From Heterodontus francisci (lineage: Eukaryota): 64,000 nt of DNA. Below, one piece after another: positions 1 to 11,656 of this stretch (position 1 is the stretch's first letter; every line of letters begins with the position of its first letter). Both the position numbers and the translations under genes were made by a program. The notes beneath the pieces were generated by a model. The model saw nothing but the letters and a program-made list of their open reading frames with translations, searched no databases and had not been told where the DNA came from. The stretch lies in contig NC_090380.1 in the NCBI RefSeq assembly GCF_036365525.1, positions 60,540,712 to 60,604,711 of the forward strand. Reading direction: 5' to 3'.

Positions 1-753
1 ATTCTGTCTGCCTGCATGAGCGCCACGTCACGAAGCAACCGTGATTTCAAACGCAGCGGCTCATTAGCATGGACGCGGCGCCCATCCCCCGCGATAACAT
101 GGAGGGGGCAGGCGAGCCACCGAAGGCAACAGCGTCCGGTGCCAATACACAGGCGCAGGTGACATTTTTAAAGGGTTTACAGTCCTCAATGCACAGTTAA
201 AATTTAAAGGGACAGTTAAGTATAAGTTACCTAAAACTAAATAAAATAAATGTACCATGCACTCTCCCACCCGCCACATCCCCCCACCCCCATGGCAAAT
301 CACAACATTCCTACCCTTTGCCCTCCCAGAATACAGATATTTAAAATTTGACCTTTCCCCCCCACCAAAGTTCAGCACCTTTGCCCTTTACCCCTTCCCA
401 ACAACCCCCCAACCAATCCACAGCGTTTTAAACCCACTCCCCCCTCCCGCATAGAGAAAAATCCCCCTCCCCCTCCCCACAGATGTTGCGCCCCATTTCC
501 CTGAATGAAGATCGGTGCCACGATTAAGGAGGCGATGGGACCCTCATTAAATCTGGTATGTTAATTAGTTTACATATTTAAAGGGGGTCCCGTCGCCGAG
601 CAGTGGGGCGGTTGCCACTGGGCCACACCGGCGCTGCCGAGATCAGCACGGGGCCTGTCGCCATCAGGGTCAGTGGCGGGCCTCCTCCGCACGAATCTTC
701 ATTTCCCCCCCTTCCAACGTTCCATAAGGTGGAGGGGCTTTAAAATCCAGCCC
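1..753. mobile_element. Right part of a Harbinger/PIF-like MITE (GC-rich non-autonomous DNA transposon)
   Basis: Ends in TAAAATCCAGCCC, the terminal inverted repeat shared with complete copies at 25295-25946 and 55084-55961; body resembles 36501-37242 and 40787-41380. Confidence 0.7.
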
Positions 754-759
754 AAAATA

Positions 760-2422
760 TTTCTCCAATGTCTCTGCCATTTCTTCGTTCCCCATGATGA
801 TTTCTCCTGTCTCTCCCTGTAAGAGACCAATGTCTACTTTAGCTACTCTCTTCCTTTTTATGTACTTATTAAAGCTCTTACAATCTGCTTTATATCGCTT
901 GCTAGTTTACACTCATTCAATTTTTTCCCTTTTCAACTTTTTGGCAGTCCTTTGCTGGTTTCTAAAACACTCCCAATCCTCAGACTTGCTACAACTTTTT
1001 GCAACATTGTAAGCCTCTTCTTTTAGTCTAATACTCTCCTTAATTTCCTGAGTGAGCCACGGATGGGTCTTTCTTGACAAGTTTTTGTTTTTGAACAGAA
1101 TGTACTTTTGTTGAACCTTTTGAATTGTTTCTTTAAATGTTTCCCACTGTTCATTTACCACCATATCTTCCACTCTATTTACCCAATTAACCTGAGCCAG
1201 TTCTCCCCTCATACCTTTGTAATTGGCTTTGCTGAAGTTTAAGATTCTTGTTTGTGATTGAAATGTGTCACTTTCAAACTTTACAGGAAATTCAATGGTA
1301 ATTTGATCAGTATTTTGCAGTGGATCTTTTACTACGACATTCCTTATTAACCCTGCTTCATTACACAATACTAGATCTAAGATAGCTTTATCCTTAGTCA
1401 GTTTTATAACGTACTGCTCCAAGAAACTGTCATAAAAACATTCTACAAATTCATCTTCTAGACCACAGTTGTCAATATATGCAGATTAAACTCCCCCGCA
1501 ATTAATACATTACCTTTGTTACAAGCTCGAATAATTTCCCATTTAATGTTCTGTCGAATAGTATAACTACTGTTAGGAGGCCTGTAAATTACTCCCACCA
1601 GTGTTTTCTGACTCCTGTTATTCCAAATCTCCACCCAAACTGATTCTACTTCATGATCTTCTGAGGCTAGATCCCTTCTTATTAATGTCCTTATGTCATC
1701 CTTTACTATCAAGGCTACCCCTCCTCTTTTCCCATTCTGTCTATCTGTCTAAAATATTGTGTACCCTGGAATATTAATTTCCCAACCTTGATCTCCTTGT
1801 AACCATGTTTCGGTAATGGCAATTAGATCTAGATCATTTACCTCTATTCATGCCACAAGTTAATCTATCTTATTACAGATGCTTCGTGCATTCAGATAAA
1901 AGAACTTTAATTTCATTTTTTTACCTCTATTCCCTGCAATGACCTTATTTGCTGATGTACATTTTTTTGTTAAAATCTCAGTACCTTCCAGTCCCATTCT
2001 GTTGGCATTCCACATCACTATCCTGCTCCAATGCCCTGACCTCTCTCTTTGGATTTCTAAATTTCCCTTTACCCAAACCCTCCCACCCCCGCACCATCAC
2101 CACCTTCCCCCCCGCAACCCCCCCCCCACACCACACGCTTCCCCCCCACCGCCCCCCACCGCCCCCCCCCCCCCACTCTCTTAGTTTAAAGCCTTGTCCA
2201 CAGCCCTAGTTATGCAATTGGCCAAGACACTGCTCCAAGCCCGGCTCAAGTGAAGCCCATACCAATGGAATAGCTCCCTGTTCCGTGAGTACTGATGCCA
2301 GTGCCCCAAGAATCGAAACCCCTTCTTCCCACACCACACTTTTCGCATTTAGTTTTCTAATCTGCTTGACCCTGTGCCAATTTGCGCGTGGCTCAACTAA
2401 CAATCCGGAAGTGATTATCTTT
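760..2422 (-). mobile_element. Decayed CR1 LINE (ORF2 endonuclease region and 3' part of ORF1), interrupted by the provirus
   Basis: ORFs 913-1422 and 1458-1712 carry CR1 APE-endonuclease motifs (VGVIYRPPNS, AILDLVLCNE, FSKANYKGMR, PWLTQEIK). Confidence 0.85.
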
Positions 2423-3197
2423 TGTTGGATCTCAATTTTCCTGTTCTCATTGGTTACACCAAAAAGGGACGAAGTCCGACTGTAGCTTTAAGAAACTTTA
2501 TTGCAGTACTTAATTGTTACATCTTCAAAAAACTTAACAATGAACTGAACTAAAACTAAAAGCAACACATACACTGAACTAACCTAAAACTAAAAGCACC
2601 ACACACACTAAACTAACCCTGAACTAACCACCACCCCCCACGAACTGAACTGAACTGACTCTTCGCGCCAAATCAAGCCTTATTATAGTTATTCATACAA
2701 ATCAGTAACACCTACTCTTTGTTCCCAATTGGTCTACAAACTTCTGCAGTTTCTTGGTGTCAGGGTCTGATTGGGGTACTGCCTTGTCATCCTCTCCTCA
2801 AGCAGTTTCTTATCCCCCTATCTCTTCGGACCGTTAGGCTGAGCCACCCTCGGACAAGGGGCGTGGGTTTGCCTGGTCAGTATGTTTCTCACACTAACTG
2901 TTCCTTAGGAATGTGTCATGTCTGGGTGATGCGGTAAGAAGAGTGTTGTTGAAGCATAATGTCTCTTTCTGCTATTGCGCTGTACCAGCTGCAAGGTCAA
3001 TGGTGAGATTCCTGTTAGTTTCTGCTTGTTAGTCTGTTTCTGCTGATAAGTTGCCTCTGCAGCCCTGAAGTTATGAAGTCGTTACCGATAAGCTGTCTCT
3101 GCAGCTCCGAAGCTAGCTTGTTAGCAAACATGATTGATTAATTATTTCATCGTAAATGTCCCCAAAAAATTCTGTTCTTAAACATTCTGTTCTCACA
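2423..3197 (-). repeat. 3' LTR of provirus
   Basis: TGTTGGATCTC...TTCTCACA, near-identical to 11657-12420; adjoined by the PPT. Confidence 0.95.
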
Positions 3198-3208
3198 GTC
3201 CCCCCTTT
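3198..3208 (-). promoter_or_regulatory. Polypurine tract
   Basis: Reverse complement AAAGGGGGGAC directly precedes the 3' LTR. Confidence 0.85.
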
Positions 3209-3450
3209 GATTCTTCAAAACACTTTTAAGAATCATTCCCTTGATCCCACCTAGGTGCCTTTGATGGTCTCTACTTGTTTAGGAAAAGCCTTCAACACCC
3301 GGAGGAGTCACACTCAATACGTTGACTGCTTGTGCCACAGAAGGGGCCCGCGAGAACTCTGGAAAATCGTAAGTTTTGCAGGGGCTTCAGTTACCTGTTT
3401 ACAACATAAAAGTTGGTACACTTGTACAATTACAATTTCATTTAAGCATC

Positions 3451-3581
3451 TTCTTCTTCTTCTTTGGCCTCCTTATCTCGAGAGACAATCGGTAAGCGCC
3501 TGGAGGTGGTCAGTGGCGTGTGGAGCAGCGCCTGGAGTGGCTAGAAAGGCCAATTCTAGAGTGACAGGCTCTTCCACAGGT
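3451..3581 (-). mobile_element. RTE LINE 3'-end fragment with (GAA)n tail
   Basis: Matches the 3' ends of the RTE copies at 3913, 31856 and 37566. Confidence 0.85.
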
Positions 3582-3912
3582 TTTTTTTTAGAATTAGAAT
3601 ATTACAGCGCAGTACAGGCCCTTCGGCCCTCGATGTTGCGCCGACCTGTGAAACCATCTGACCTACACTCTTCCATTTTCATCCATATGTCTATCCAATG
3701 ACCACTTAAATGCCCTTAAAGTTGGCGAATCTACTACTGTTGCAGGCAGGGCGTTCCACGCCCCTACTACTCTCTGAGTAAAGAAACTACCTCTCACATC
3801 TGTCCTATATCTATCACCCCTCAACTTAAAGCTATGTCCCCTCGTGTTTGCCATCACCATCCGAGGAAAAAGACTCTCACTATCCACCCTATCTAACCCT
3901 CTGATTATCTTA
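3582..3912 (-). mobile_element. CR1/HER1 LINE 3'-end fragment
   Basis: ORF 3663-3887 (TRGHSFKL...FFTQRVVGAWNALP) is the CR1 ORF2 C-terminus; it is followed by a TTCTAA-type tail and A-run. Confidence 0.85.
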
Positions 3913-6616
3913 TTCCTTCCTTTTGGGCCTCCTTATCTCGAGAGACAATGGATACGCACCTGGAGGTGGTCAGTGGTTTGTGAAGCAGCGCCTGGAGTGG
4001 CTATAAAGGCCAATTCTGGAGTGATAGGCTCTTCCACAGGTGCTGCAGAGAAATTTGTTTGTCGGGGCTGTTGCACAGTTGGCTCTCCCCTTGCGCCTCT
4101 GTCTTTGTTCCTGCCAACTACTAAGTCTCTTCAACCCGCCACAATTTAGCCCTGTCTTTATGGCTGCCCGCCAGCTCTGGCGAATGCTGGCAACTGACTC
4201 CCACGACTTGTGATCAATGTCACACGATTTCATGTCACGTTTGCAGACGTCTTTAAAGCGGAGACATGGACGGCCGATGGGTCTGATACCAGTGGCGAGC
4301 TCGCTGTACAATGTGTCTTTGGGGATCCTGCCATCTTCCATGCGGCTCACATGGCCAAGCCATCTCAAGCGTCGCTGACTCAGTAGTGTGTACAAGCTGG
4401 GGGTGTTGGCCGCTTCAAGGACTTCTGTGTTGGAGATATAGTCCTGCCACCTGATGCCAAGTGTTCTCCGGAGGCAGCGAAGATGGAATGAATTGAGACG
4501 TCGCTCTTGGCTGACATACGTTGTCCAGGCCTCGCTGCCATTAAGCAAGGTACTGAGGACACAGGCTTGATACACTCGGACTTTTGTGTTCCGTGTCAGT
4601 GCGCCATTTTCCCACACTCTCTTGGCCAGTCTGGACATAGCAGTGGAAGCCTTTCCCATGCGCTTGTTGATTTCTGCATCTAGAGACAGGTTACTGGTGA
4701 TAGTTGAGCCTAGGTAGGTGAACCCTTGAACCACTTCCAGAGCGTGGTCGCCAATATTGATGGATGGAGCATTTCTGATGTCCTATCCCATGATGTTCGT
4801 TTTCTTGAGGCTGATGGTTAGGCCAAATTCGTTGCAGGCAGCCGCAAACCTGTCGATGAGACTCTGCAGACACTCTTCAGTGTGAGATGTTAAAGCAGCC
4901 TCGTCAGCAAAGAGGAGTTCCCTGATGAGGACTTTCCGTACTTTGGACTTCGCTCTTAGATGGGCAAGGTTGAACAACCTGCCCCCTGATCTTGTGTGGA
5001 GGAAAATTCCTTCTTCAGAAGACCTGAACGCATGTGAAAGCAGCAGGGAGCAGAAAATCCCAAAAAGTGTGGGTGCGAGAACACAGCCCTGTTTCACACC
5101 ACTCAGGATAGGAAAGGGGTCTGATGAGGTGCCGCCATGTTGAATTGTGCCTTTCATATTGTCATGGAATGAGGTGATGATACTTAGTAGCTTTGGTGGA
5201 CATCCAATCTTTTCTAGTAGTCTGAAGAGACCACGTCTGCTGACGAGGTCAAAGGCTTCGGTGAGATCAATGAAAGCAACGTAGAGGGGCATCTGTTGTT
5301 CGCAGCATTTCTCCTGTATCTGATGAAGGGAGAACAGCATGTCAACGGTCGATCTCTCTGCACAAAAGCCACACTGTGCCTCAGGGTAGACGCGCTCAGC
5401 CAGCTTCTGGAGCCTGTTTAGAGCGACTCGAGCAAAGACTTTCCCCACTATGCTGAGCAGGGAGATTCCACAGTAGTCTTTGCAGTCACCGCGGTCACCT
5501 TTGTTTTTATGGAGGATGATGATATTGTTATCGCGCATGTCCTGAGGTACTGCTCCCTCGTCCCAGCACAGGCAAAGCAGTTCATGTAGTGCTGAGAGTA
5601 TAGTAGGCTTGGCACTCTTGATTATTTCAGGGGTAATGTTGTCCTTCCCAGGGGCTTTTCCGCTGGCTAGAGAATCAATGGCATCACTGAGTTCCGATTT
5701 TGTTGGCTGTATGTCCAGCTCATCCATGACTGGTAGAAGCTGAGCTGCATTGAGGGCAGTCTCAGTGACAACATTCTCCCTGGAGTACAGTTCTAGGTAG
5801 TGCTCAACCCAGCGGTCCATTTGTTTGCGTTGGTCAGTGATTATGTCCCCTGATTTAGATTTGAGGGGGCGATCTTCTTGATGGTTGGCCCAAAAGCTCT
5901 CTTAATGCCATCATACATTCCTCTGATGTTTCCGGTGTCTGAGGCCAGCTGAATATGACAGCAAAGGTGTTGCCAGTAGTCATTTGCACAGCGCCTGGCT
6001 GTTCTTTTTGCAGTGATTCTGGCTGCTTTAAGTGCTATGGATGTTAACTCGCCGGGGGCTTTCTTGTAGTTCAACAGTGCAATGCGCTTAGCGGCTATGG
6101 CAGGTTCCAGCTCTTCAATATGAGATTGAAACCAGTCTGCATTTCTCTTCGCACGTTTGCCGTAGGTGGTCAAAGCTGACTCATAGATGGCGTCTCTGAT
6201 GTGGGCCCACTTGGTCTCAGCATCCCCTGTGGGAGTTTTTTGAAGGGCTGTTACAACTGAATTTAGAAATTTTTGTCACAGCTGTGGATGAGAAATTCTG
6301 CTCGTGTTGATGCGCTGGAGGCCCTTCTGCTTGGAATGATGCAACTTCTTTGGTCTGAGTCGAACCTTGCTGCACACCAGGGAGTGGTCGGTGTCACAGT
6401 CCGCACTGTGGAAGCTGCGTGTGATTTGAACACTGTTTAAGGAGGCTCGCCTTGTGACGATGAGGTCCAGCTGGTGCCAACGACGCGATCTTGGGTGCCT
6501 CCATGAAACCTGGTGACAGGGTTTAGTGTGAAAGAACGAGTTGGTGATGCAGAGGTTATGATAGGTGCACAACTCAAGCAGTCTCTGCCCGTTCTCATTC
6601 ATCCTTTCAATGCCAT
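3913..6616 (-). mobile_element. 5'-truncated RTE-clade LINE with frameshifted EN-RT ORF, inserted in the provirus 3' region
   Basis: ORFs 6276-6602 (EN end, DTDHSLV), 5841-6173, 4783-5820 (RT: QCGF, AFIDL, GVKQG, LLFADE), 3970-4734 (C-terminal CSTC...H zinc motif). Confidence 0.93.
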
Positions 6617-6772
6617 AGCATCACTGTTACATAATCGATTGTACAAACATAATGCAATATCATTCTTAAAGTACATTGATCATTCATTAACTCATTTTAA
6701 GTATATATGAAAAGGTTATACAATTACCCTTTTATGGCATAACTAATTGTCTCTCCTTTTATAAAGCAAGTT

Positions 6773-8810
6773 CTAACACTGATTGCTTTTCGGGTAGCTG
6801 TCCAACCTGTATTCATACATCCTCTTACATCGCCTACTTAATTTCTTAAATTGCCAAATTATATATGTCACATCTAACATCATGATACCCAAAACCACTA
6901 TCAGGACATGGGAGATAATTCTAAACCAGGGGTGTATCTGCACGTCTGACCCCCAGTTCCATAAGTCCTTCTGCCAGGTAGAATCATTTATCTCGTCAAT
7001 CTCATCTTGTAGCATCTTCGACTGTTGTTCCAGATTGTAGTACACTACAGCAATGACTTCTAGCTGCTGTCTCTCTTTACCCAAGCGTGTGGGCAATGGC
7101 TGGATAGTATATTCATATTCCCGGAGGTAATTTGTCAAATCCTCCTTAATACTTTCTGTCACAGTTATCGTTTCTGTCTTTTGTTTATGTATCTCTACCA
7201 ACTCCATCTTCCCTTCCTTGGTTGGTATTTGTGGGTTGAACCAAAATGTACTGTTGCTCACCAGACAAGTCTGTTTATGTCATACTGGTACTCCTTCGCT
7301 GTGGTGGTTAAGCAATATCTCCCCTTTCCCATATAGGCCACATGGGTTAGCCCTGACAATGCTTTCCTAGTCTTCATGGTGCAATTTACAGTGGCATTAA
7401 ATCCACATTTTGATTCTGCCATTTTATATATATGATGAGGACATATGACCACCTGGTTTTCCAGACTACACTCAGACAATGGACAATGTTGTTTCAATTA
7501 CCTCTTTTCCAATTTCCACAACATTTTCATAACATAGGGTAATATATCAGTGTTTTATGTAATCTTTTCCCCTTATCACCCCTATATTTTCTACTTTGTA
7601 TAATTGCATCCCTAACTTATCTCTCAGAATTATAGGTATTCCCAACACTACTCCAATACTCATAGATCCTGTATTTACACATTCCTGACCTTTCCATACT
7701 TTACATTTTCTGATTTGGCACCTGGTAATTTTATCATTCGTGTGACTAGTTAAGTTCTCCGACTGGGTGTCATTTATCCAAACTGGCACCTGTCCTGCAT
7801 CAATTTGCCTCAAACTTTCTCAAATTTGTTCTAACATTCACGAACCATATGTACTACAAACACTTTCATTATTTGAAATGATATCATTAATCGTATGAGC
7901 ATGACCTTCTAGTACTCTCATCAGTCCTGTAATTAGTTCAGTTGCTCTGCATGCAACAAATCACATTTTCTTCCATTCCCGGTATCTCTTTGCATACCAG
8001 GTGTTGTTTATATTGGAGTCTGTCATTTGCTGTTGACTTTATATACCTTCATTTGGGACCAATGTTTCCATCGGCCCTTCCCTTTTACCATTACTTTGTC
8101 TCCCACAACAGGCACCTTCGTCTGTTCCTCTTTCATGTCTGTTTCTATAGAATCTCCTGCCTCAGCTCATACAGATGTCTGCACAGCTCCTTCACAAATC
8201 ACCCTTCCTCTCATGGGTCCTACTTCCTTACTACCTGCTACGACATACCTTGGCAGTCTCATCACCCTTCCTGTCACCGTATTCATCAAGTCCTTTCCTA
8301 CTTTAGCTACACCACTCTGTCCCTTTTGTTCCTTTTTCAAAATATCCTTTACTAGCTGACTACGAGTTCTAACATTCTGGTCCACATTTTCCAAATCTAT
8401 AGTATTGACAATTGAAGTTCCCGTATTAATCACTAAACTACGTTTACGTCTCTTTCCTTTTATTATTCCCTCATTACCAAATTCCTGTCTCAGAAATTGT
8501 TACAGTATTACCTTGTACAACTCTCAGATCTTCTCAGGGCACCAGCCAGGTAGCTGGATATCTGAGATATTCAATATTACCGGTACCAACTCAAGCTTTA
8601 TATTATCATATACAATTTTATTAGTTTTTATTATCGCAAGTCCATTTTCTGGTCCTGCAGTTAAGGCAGGGCAAGGGAGACCAGTCACTTGTGACTGCTG
8701 GGTCATAACCTTACTAATCGGTAATTCGGATGTGGGGGTAACCGTGGGGGTTGGTGCTTTTTGTCTGTTTAATCTCACAACCTGGAATAGGAACTGTCCT
8801 TTTTTATCTT
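6773..8810 (-). pseudogene. env: Decayed env: class I (F-like) fusion glycoprotein
   Basis: Collinear ORF fragments 8524-8778, 8167-8433, 7547-7813, 7258-7497, 6773-7261. Furin site KRRKR at 8454-8440 followed by heptad-like helix; Cys-rich ectodomain; Trp-rich membrane-proximal WQKDLWNW; TM segment IISHVLIVVLGIMML; basic tail. In-frame stops and frameshifts present. Confidence 0.85.
7929..8282 (-). pseudogene. Integrase C-terminal fragment displaced into env
   Basis: TGRVMRLP...(frameshift) FVKELCRHLYELRQEI...VGDKVMVK resembles post-core and C-terminal integrase motifs; flanked by TCATCA(A)GTCCT repeats. Confidence 0.55.
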
Positions 8811-8811
8811 A

Positions 8812-8965
8812 GAGCTTTAATATCTTGCGCTAGGGGGAGTTTGAGGATTGTCTGCACTCACTTTTGCTCTGTCTCATGCTTTCCCTGTGTTATTACTATC
8901 CCCAAATAAGAAACCTTTTCCTTCATTATCTGTGCCATTTTCAGCTTAACTTTCACTCTGACCTT
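8812..8965 (-). pseudogene. pol: Short reverse-transcriptase remnant (palm/thumb junction)
   Basis: KVKLKMAQIMKEKVSYLGIVITQG...VQTILKLP...KALR resembles the retroviral KAQ-x6-YLG-x3-SQG motif. Confidence 0.7.
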
Positions 8966-11039
8966 CTGGAGGAAGGTGGAATATCGATGGATTATTATAA
9001 AATCCCTGGGAGAGACACGTCCAGATGTACTGTTGTCCCTTGAACGTAAACGCAAATTTATATTGACACTCTTGTGCCAACGGTATGGACCAGAACCCAT
9101 TGCTAATGTCCAACACAGTAAACCACTGTTTTGTTATTTTCTAAAACTTTGATTGTCCTCTTAAATATCAGATAAATTTCCCTTTGAGTGCTTTAAATAA
9201 CCACTCATATCAATTAAATTTTGTTTATTGATTCCAATTTCCTATGCCCAGACTTGGTGGTATTTTTTGTACGTTAAAGACAGAAGTGCTTGCAACTATC
9301 TCTCCTTCTCAAGCACTTTGTCTCATTGATAAAGATGTTGTGACATTTGATGTCTGCAAGTCCTTAAATTCTCAAAGCTGCTGGATCTCTTGCTGTGGCA
9401 TCATTTCTCACATGGCCTTGGAACCTGCCATCGCCTGCTTAAAAAAAAACACAAAGAATCCATTGTGGCTCTGCCCCTGAGCCCAATGGGTTAATTTGTC
9501 CACTTATATCTGTCAATTTAGAAATTTAAAATTTAACAATGTCCTCTCAGCAATGCAAAAATTGTGTGGTGGATTAAATGGAAAAAACAATAGCTGCAGC
9601 AGTTTGTTTGTCTCCAAGGGGGCGGAGCAAAACATTCTCAGCTTCGTCACTTTACGTAACCTTTTTTCTGATCGAAAAAAACTACTCTCCACTTTAAACT
9701 TTTTTCAATCCTTTTGGTATCCTTAGAGTTTGAAAACAACAAAATCATTACTAACATTATCAACTTCAAAGGAAAGCATCTCCATCAGGAAAGACAGCAT
9801 TTTAGATTAAACTGCAATTGTTTTCAAATTTTTAGCATCATTTGTAAGAGGTTTCTAATGCCAGGATTTTTTTATAACAAAGATTATTCCAAATTCCAAT
9901 TCACTGCAATAAATATTTAAAAACCAAAACTGCCAATGTTATATGAATGAGTCTTGTGTCCAGAACTGAAGACTCCCCCAAAACTTGACATAATAAACTT
10001 GAAAGTTCATTGTGGCCGCAAATGAAATTTCCAGTTTTTCAACTTAACAGGTCAATTAACCTTAATAGTATAAACTTAACTCAGACTTATTAACTTATAA
10101 TACTTATTAACTACACACAGAACAGAATAGCACGTGCTTTGTTTCAAAAGATAGGTAAATTATGGCATTTTCCTTGTTCTTCAGGCGCCTTTTCAAATGC
10201 CTGTAACAAAACCAAAAACTAAAGGAAGAGTTATTTAACATTCTTAACACAAAAGATTTAACACCAACTCCTTACACAAATTTTAAACAGAGAGAATCTT
10301 TCCTATATCTCCTTTGTTTATCCTTCTCTCCCTTAAACCAATATCCAATTCCTGACATTTGCTACTTAAATACAGTCAGTAAAACATGTCTTTAATTTAA
10401 ACACCCAAAAAAAAACAAGAACAGATTTGAAACTGGAACTCCAATTAAAGCAGTGTTTTAAACTTCAAATTGGATTTCTGGCAAACATCTTCAGACCTTC
10501 AAGGCTGAAGCTTATCTCTTACAAAATTGTTCATTGCCTCTTCACAGTTGCAAAATCAACTTTTAAAATAAAAATAAAACTTTAACTTAAAATATAATTC
10601 AATTTTATATCCCATTCCTGGGTGCACAATCTTAAATTGAAATTAATACACAACAATCACTTTTCACACTCATTCAATTCCAAACAACTCAGAAAATTGA
10701 TTCCTGTAATGGGTTATTAATTCAAAATACCAAATCTCTTTCAAATTCCCTGTCCTGATGTCAAGGAGCACACACAGGTTCAACTAATTCACAACCAAAA
10801 CATGACTCAAGGTTCCCACAAAATATACACCTGTAAAAATAGAAAAAGTAACAGACTCATTCTTTCATCATTAAGGCCAGACAACAAAGAGTTCACGACA
10901 GTCAGTTCTACAGAACACAAGTTGTACAGAACACAAGCTGTACATCCCAGGGACATTCAATTCATTCGTGGAAGCTTCCAACATTCACACATTCAAATCA
11001 AAGACACAGTAACTTGTTTTTACACTAAAACATAGTCCT

Positions 11040-11327
11040 TTATGTCACTCTGCCATAAACTTTGTCATGGAGCTCTCTGGCCTTTAGTAGCCAAGAACCA
11101 TTGGGTCCATTCTTTATCCTTATCCAAACTCTCGTTATATCTTCCAGGGACCACTGTCCCGTGGAGGTGCCGTATTTTTGCCCAATTTCAGTGTACGTTT
11201 TAGCCAAATTAAACTGTTGCTCTACATATTCTTTTAACTGCCGAAGTATTTCATCTTCGGGAACGTCAGGTGGGGCCCACCCACCTTTGACAGTAGTTGG
11301 TAACTGTCGGTTACCTTTGTCAGTCAT
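11040..11327 (-). CDS. 95-aa ORF in gag position, possibly a Gag N-terminal remnant
   Basis: ATG-initiated ORF ~310 nt downstream of the PBS; no diagnostic motif, called on position only. Confidence 0.4.
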   Translation of the reverse strand: MTDKGNRQLPTTVKGGWAPPDVPEDEILRQLKEYVEQQFNLAKTYTEIGQKYGTSTGQWSLEDITRVWIRIKNGPNGSWLLKARELHDKVYGRVT

Positions 11328-11574
11328 TTTATCAAAGCCGGAAGGTCGGTATAACCAGATATTTCTACAGATAAACTCAAGCCGATGGAGCTTCCTTCGA
11401 ATGCCGTGGGCCGGTATAACGCCGAATACCGCCGAATTAGGCGCCTAAATATGGGGTTTCCGTCCTCTGTACTCCCCCCAAATGGACTCGAGTTACTGAA
11501 CAAAAAGGTTCGGGATCGCATGGTGGAGTACCGAGCTTAGACAACAGCCAAGAACTTTTAAAACAACAAGGAGT

Positions 11575-11583
11575 CCTTACCTC
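11575..11583 (-). promoter_or_regulatory. Putative major splice donor of the provirus leader
   Basis: GAG|GTAAGG on the minus strand ~55 nt after the PBS. Confidence 0.55.
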
Positions 11584-11635
11584 TGGGACCCGATAACGGT
11601 CCGATGTCCAATGCTTTGGTCTCTATCCTCCAGCG

Positions 11636-11653
11636 ATCCTGCCGACTACGCCA
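11636..11653 (-). promoter_or_regulatory. Primer-binding site, tRNA-Ser
   Basis: TGGCGTAGTCGGCAGGAT is complementary to the 3' 18 nt (ATCCTGCCGACTACGCCA) of vertebrate tRNA-Ser(AGA/TGA); 3 nt from the LTR. Confidence 0.92.
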
Positions 11654-11656
11654 AGT

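Noticed and set aside
1939-2209. Proline-rich ORFs
   Set aside because: Poly-C runs within the CR1 inter-ORF region on the non-coding strand
2535-2660. Short repeated AACT(G/A)AAC units resembling an array
   Set aside because: Low-complexity simple repeats within the LTR (also at ~11775-11903); no repeat-spacer structure, and this is eukaryotic DNA
11636-11653. tRNA-Ser gene fragment
   Set aside because: Only the 3' 18 nt including CCA, next to an LTR: a primer-binding site
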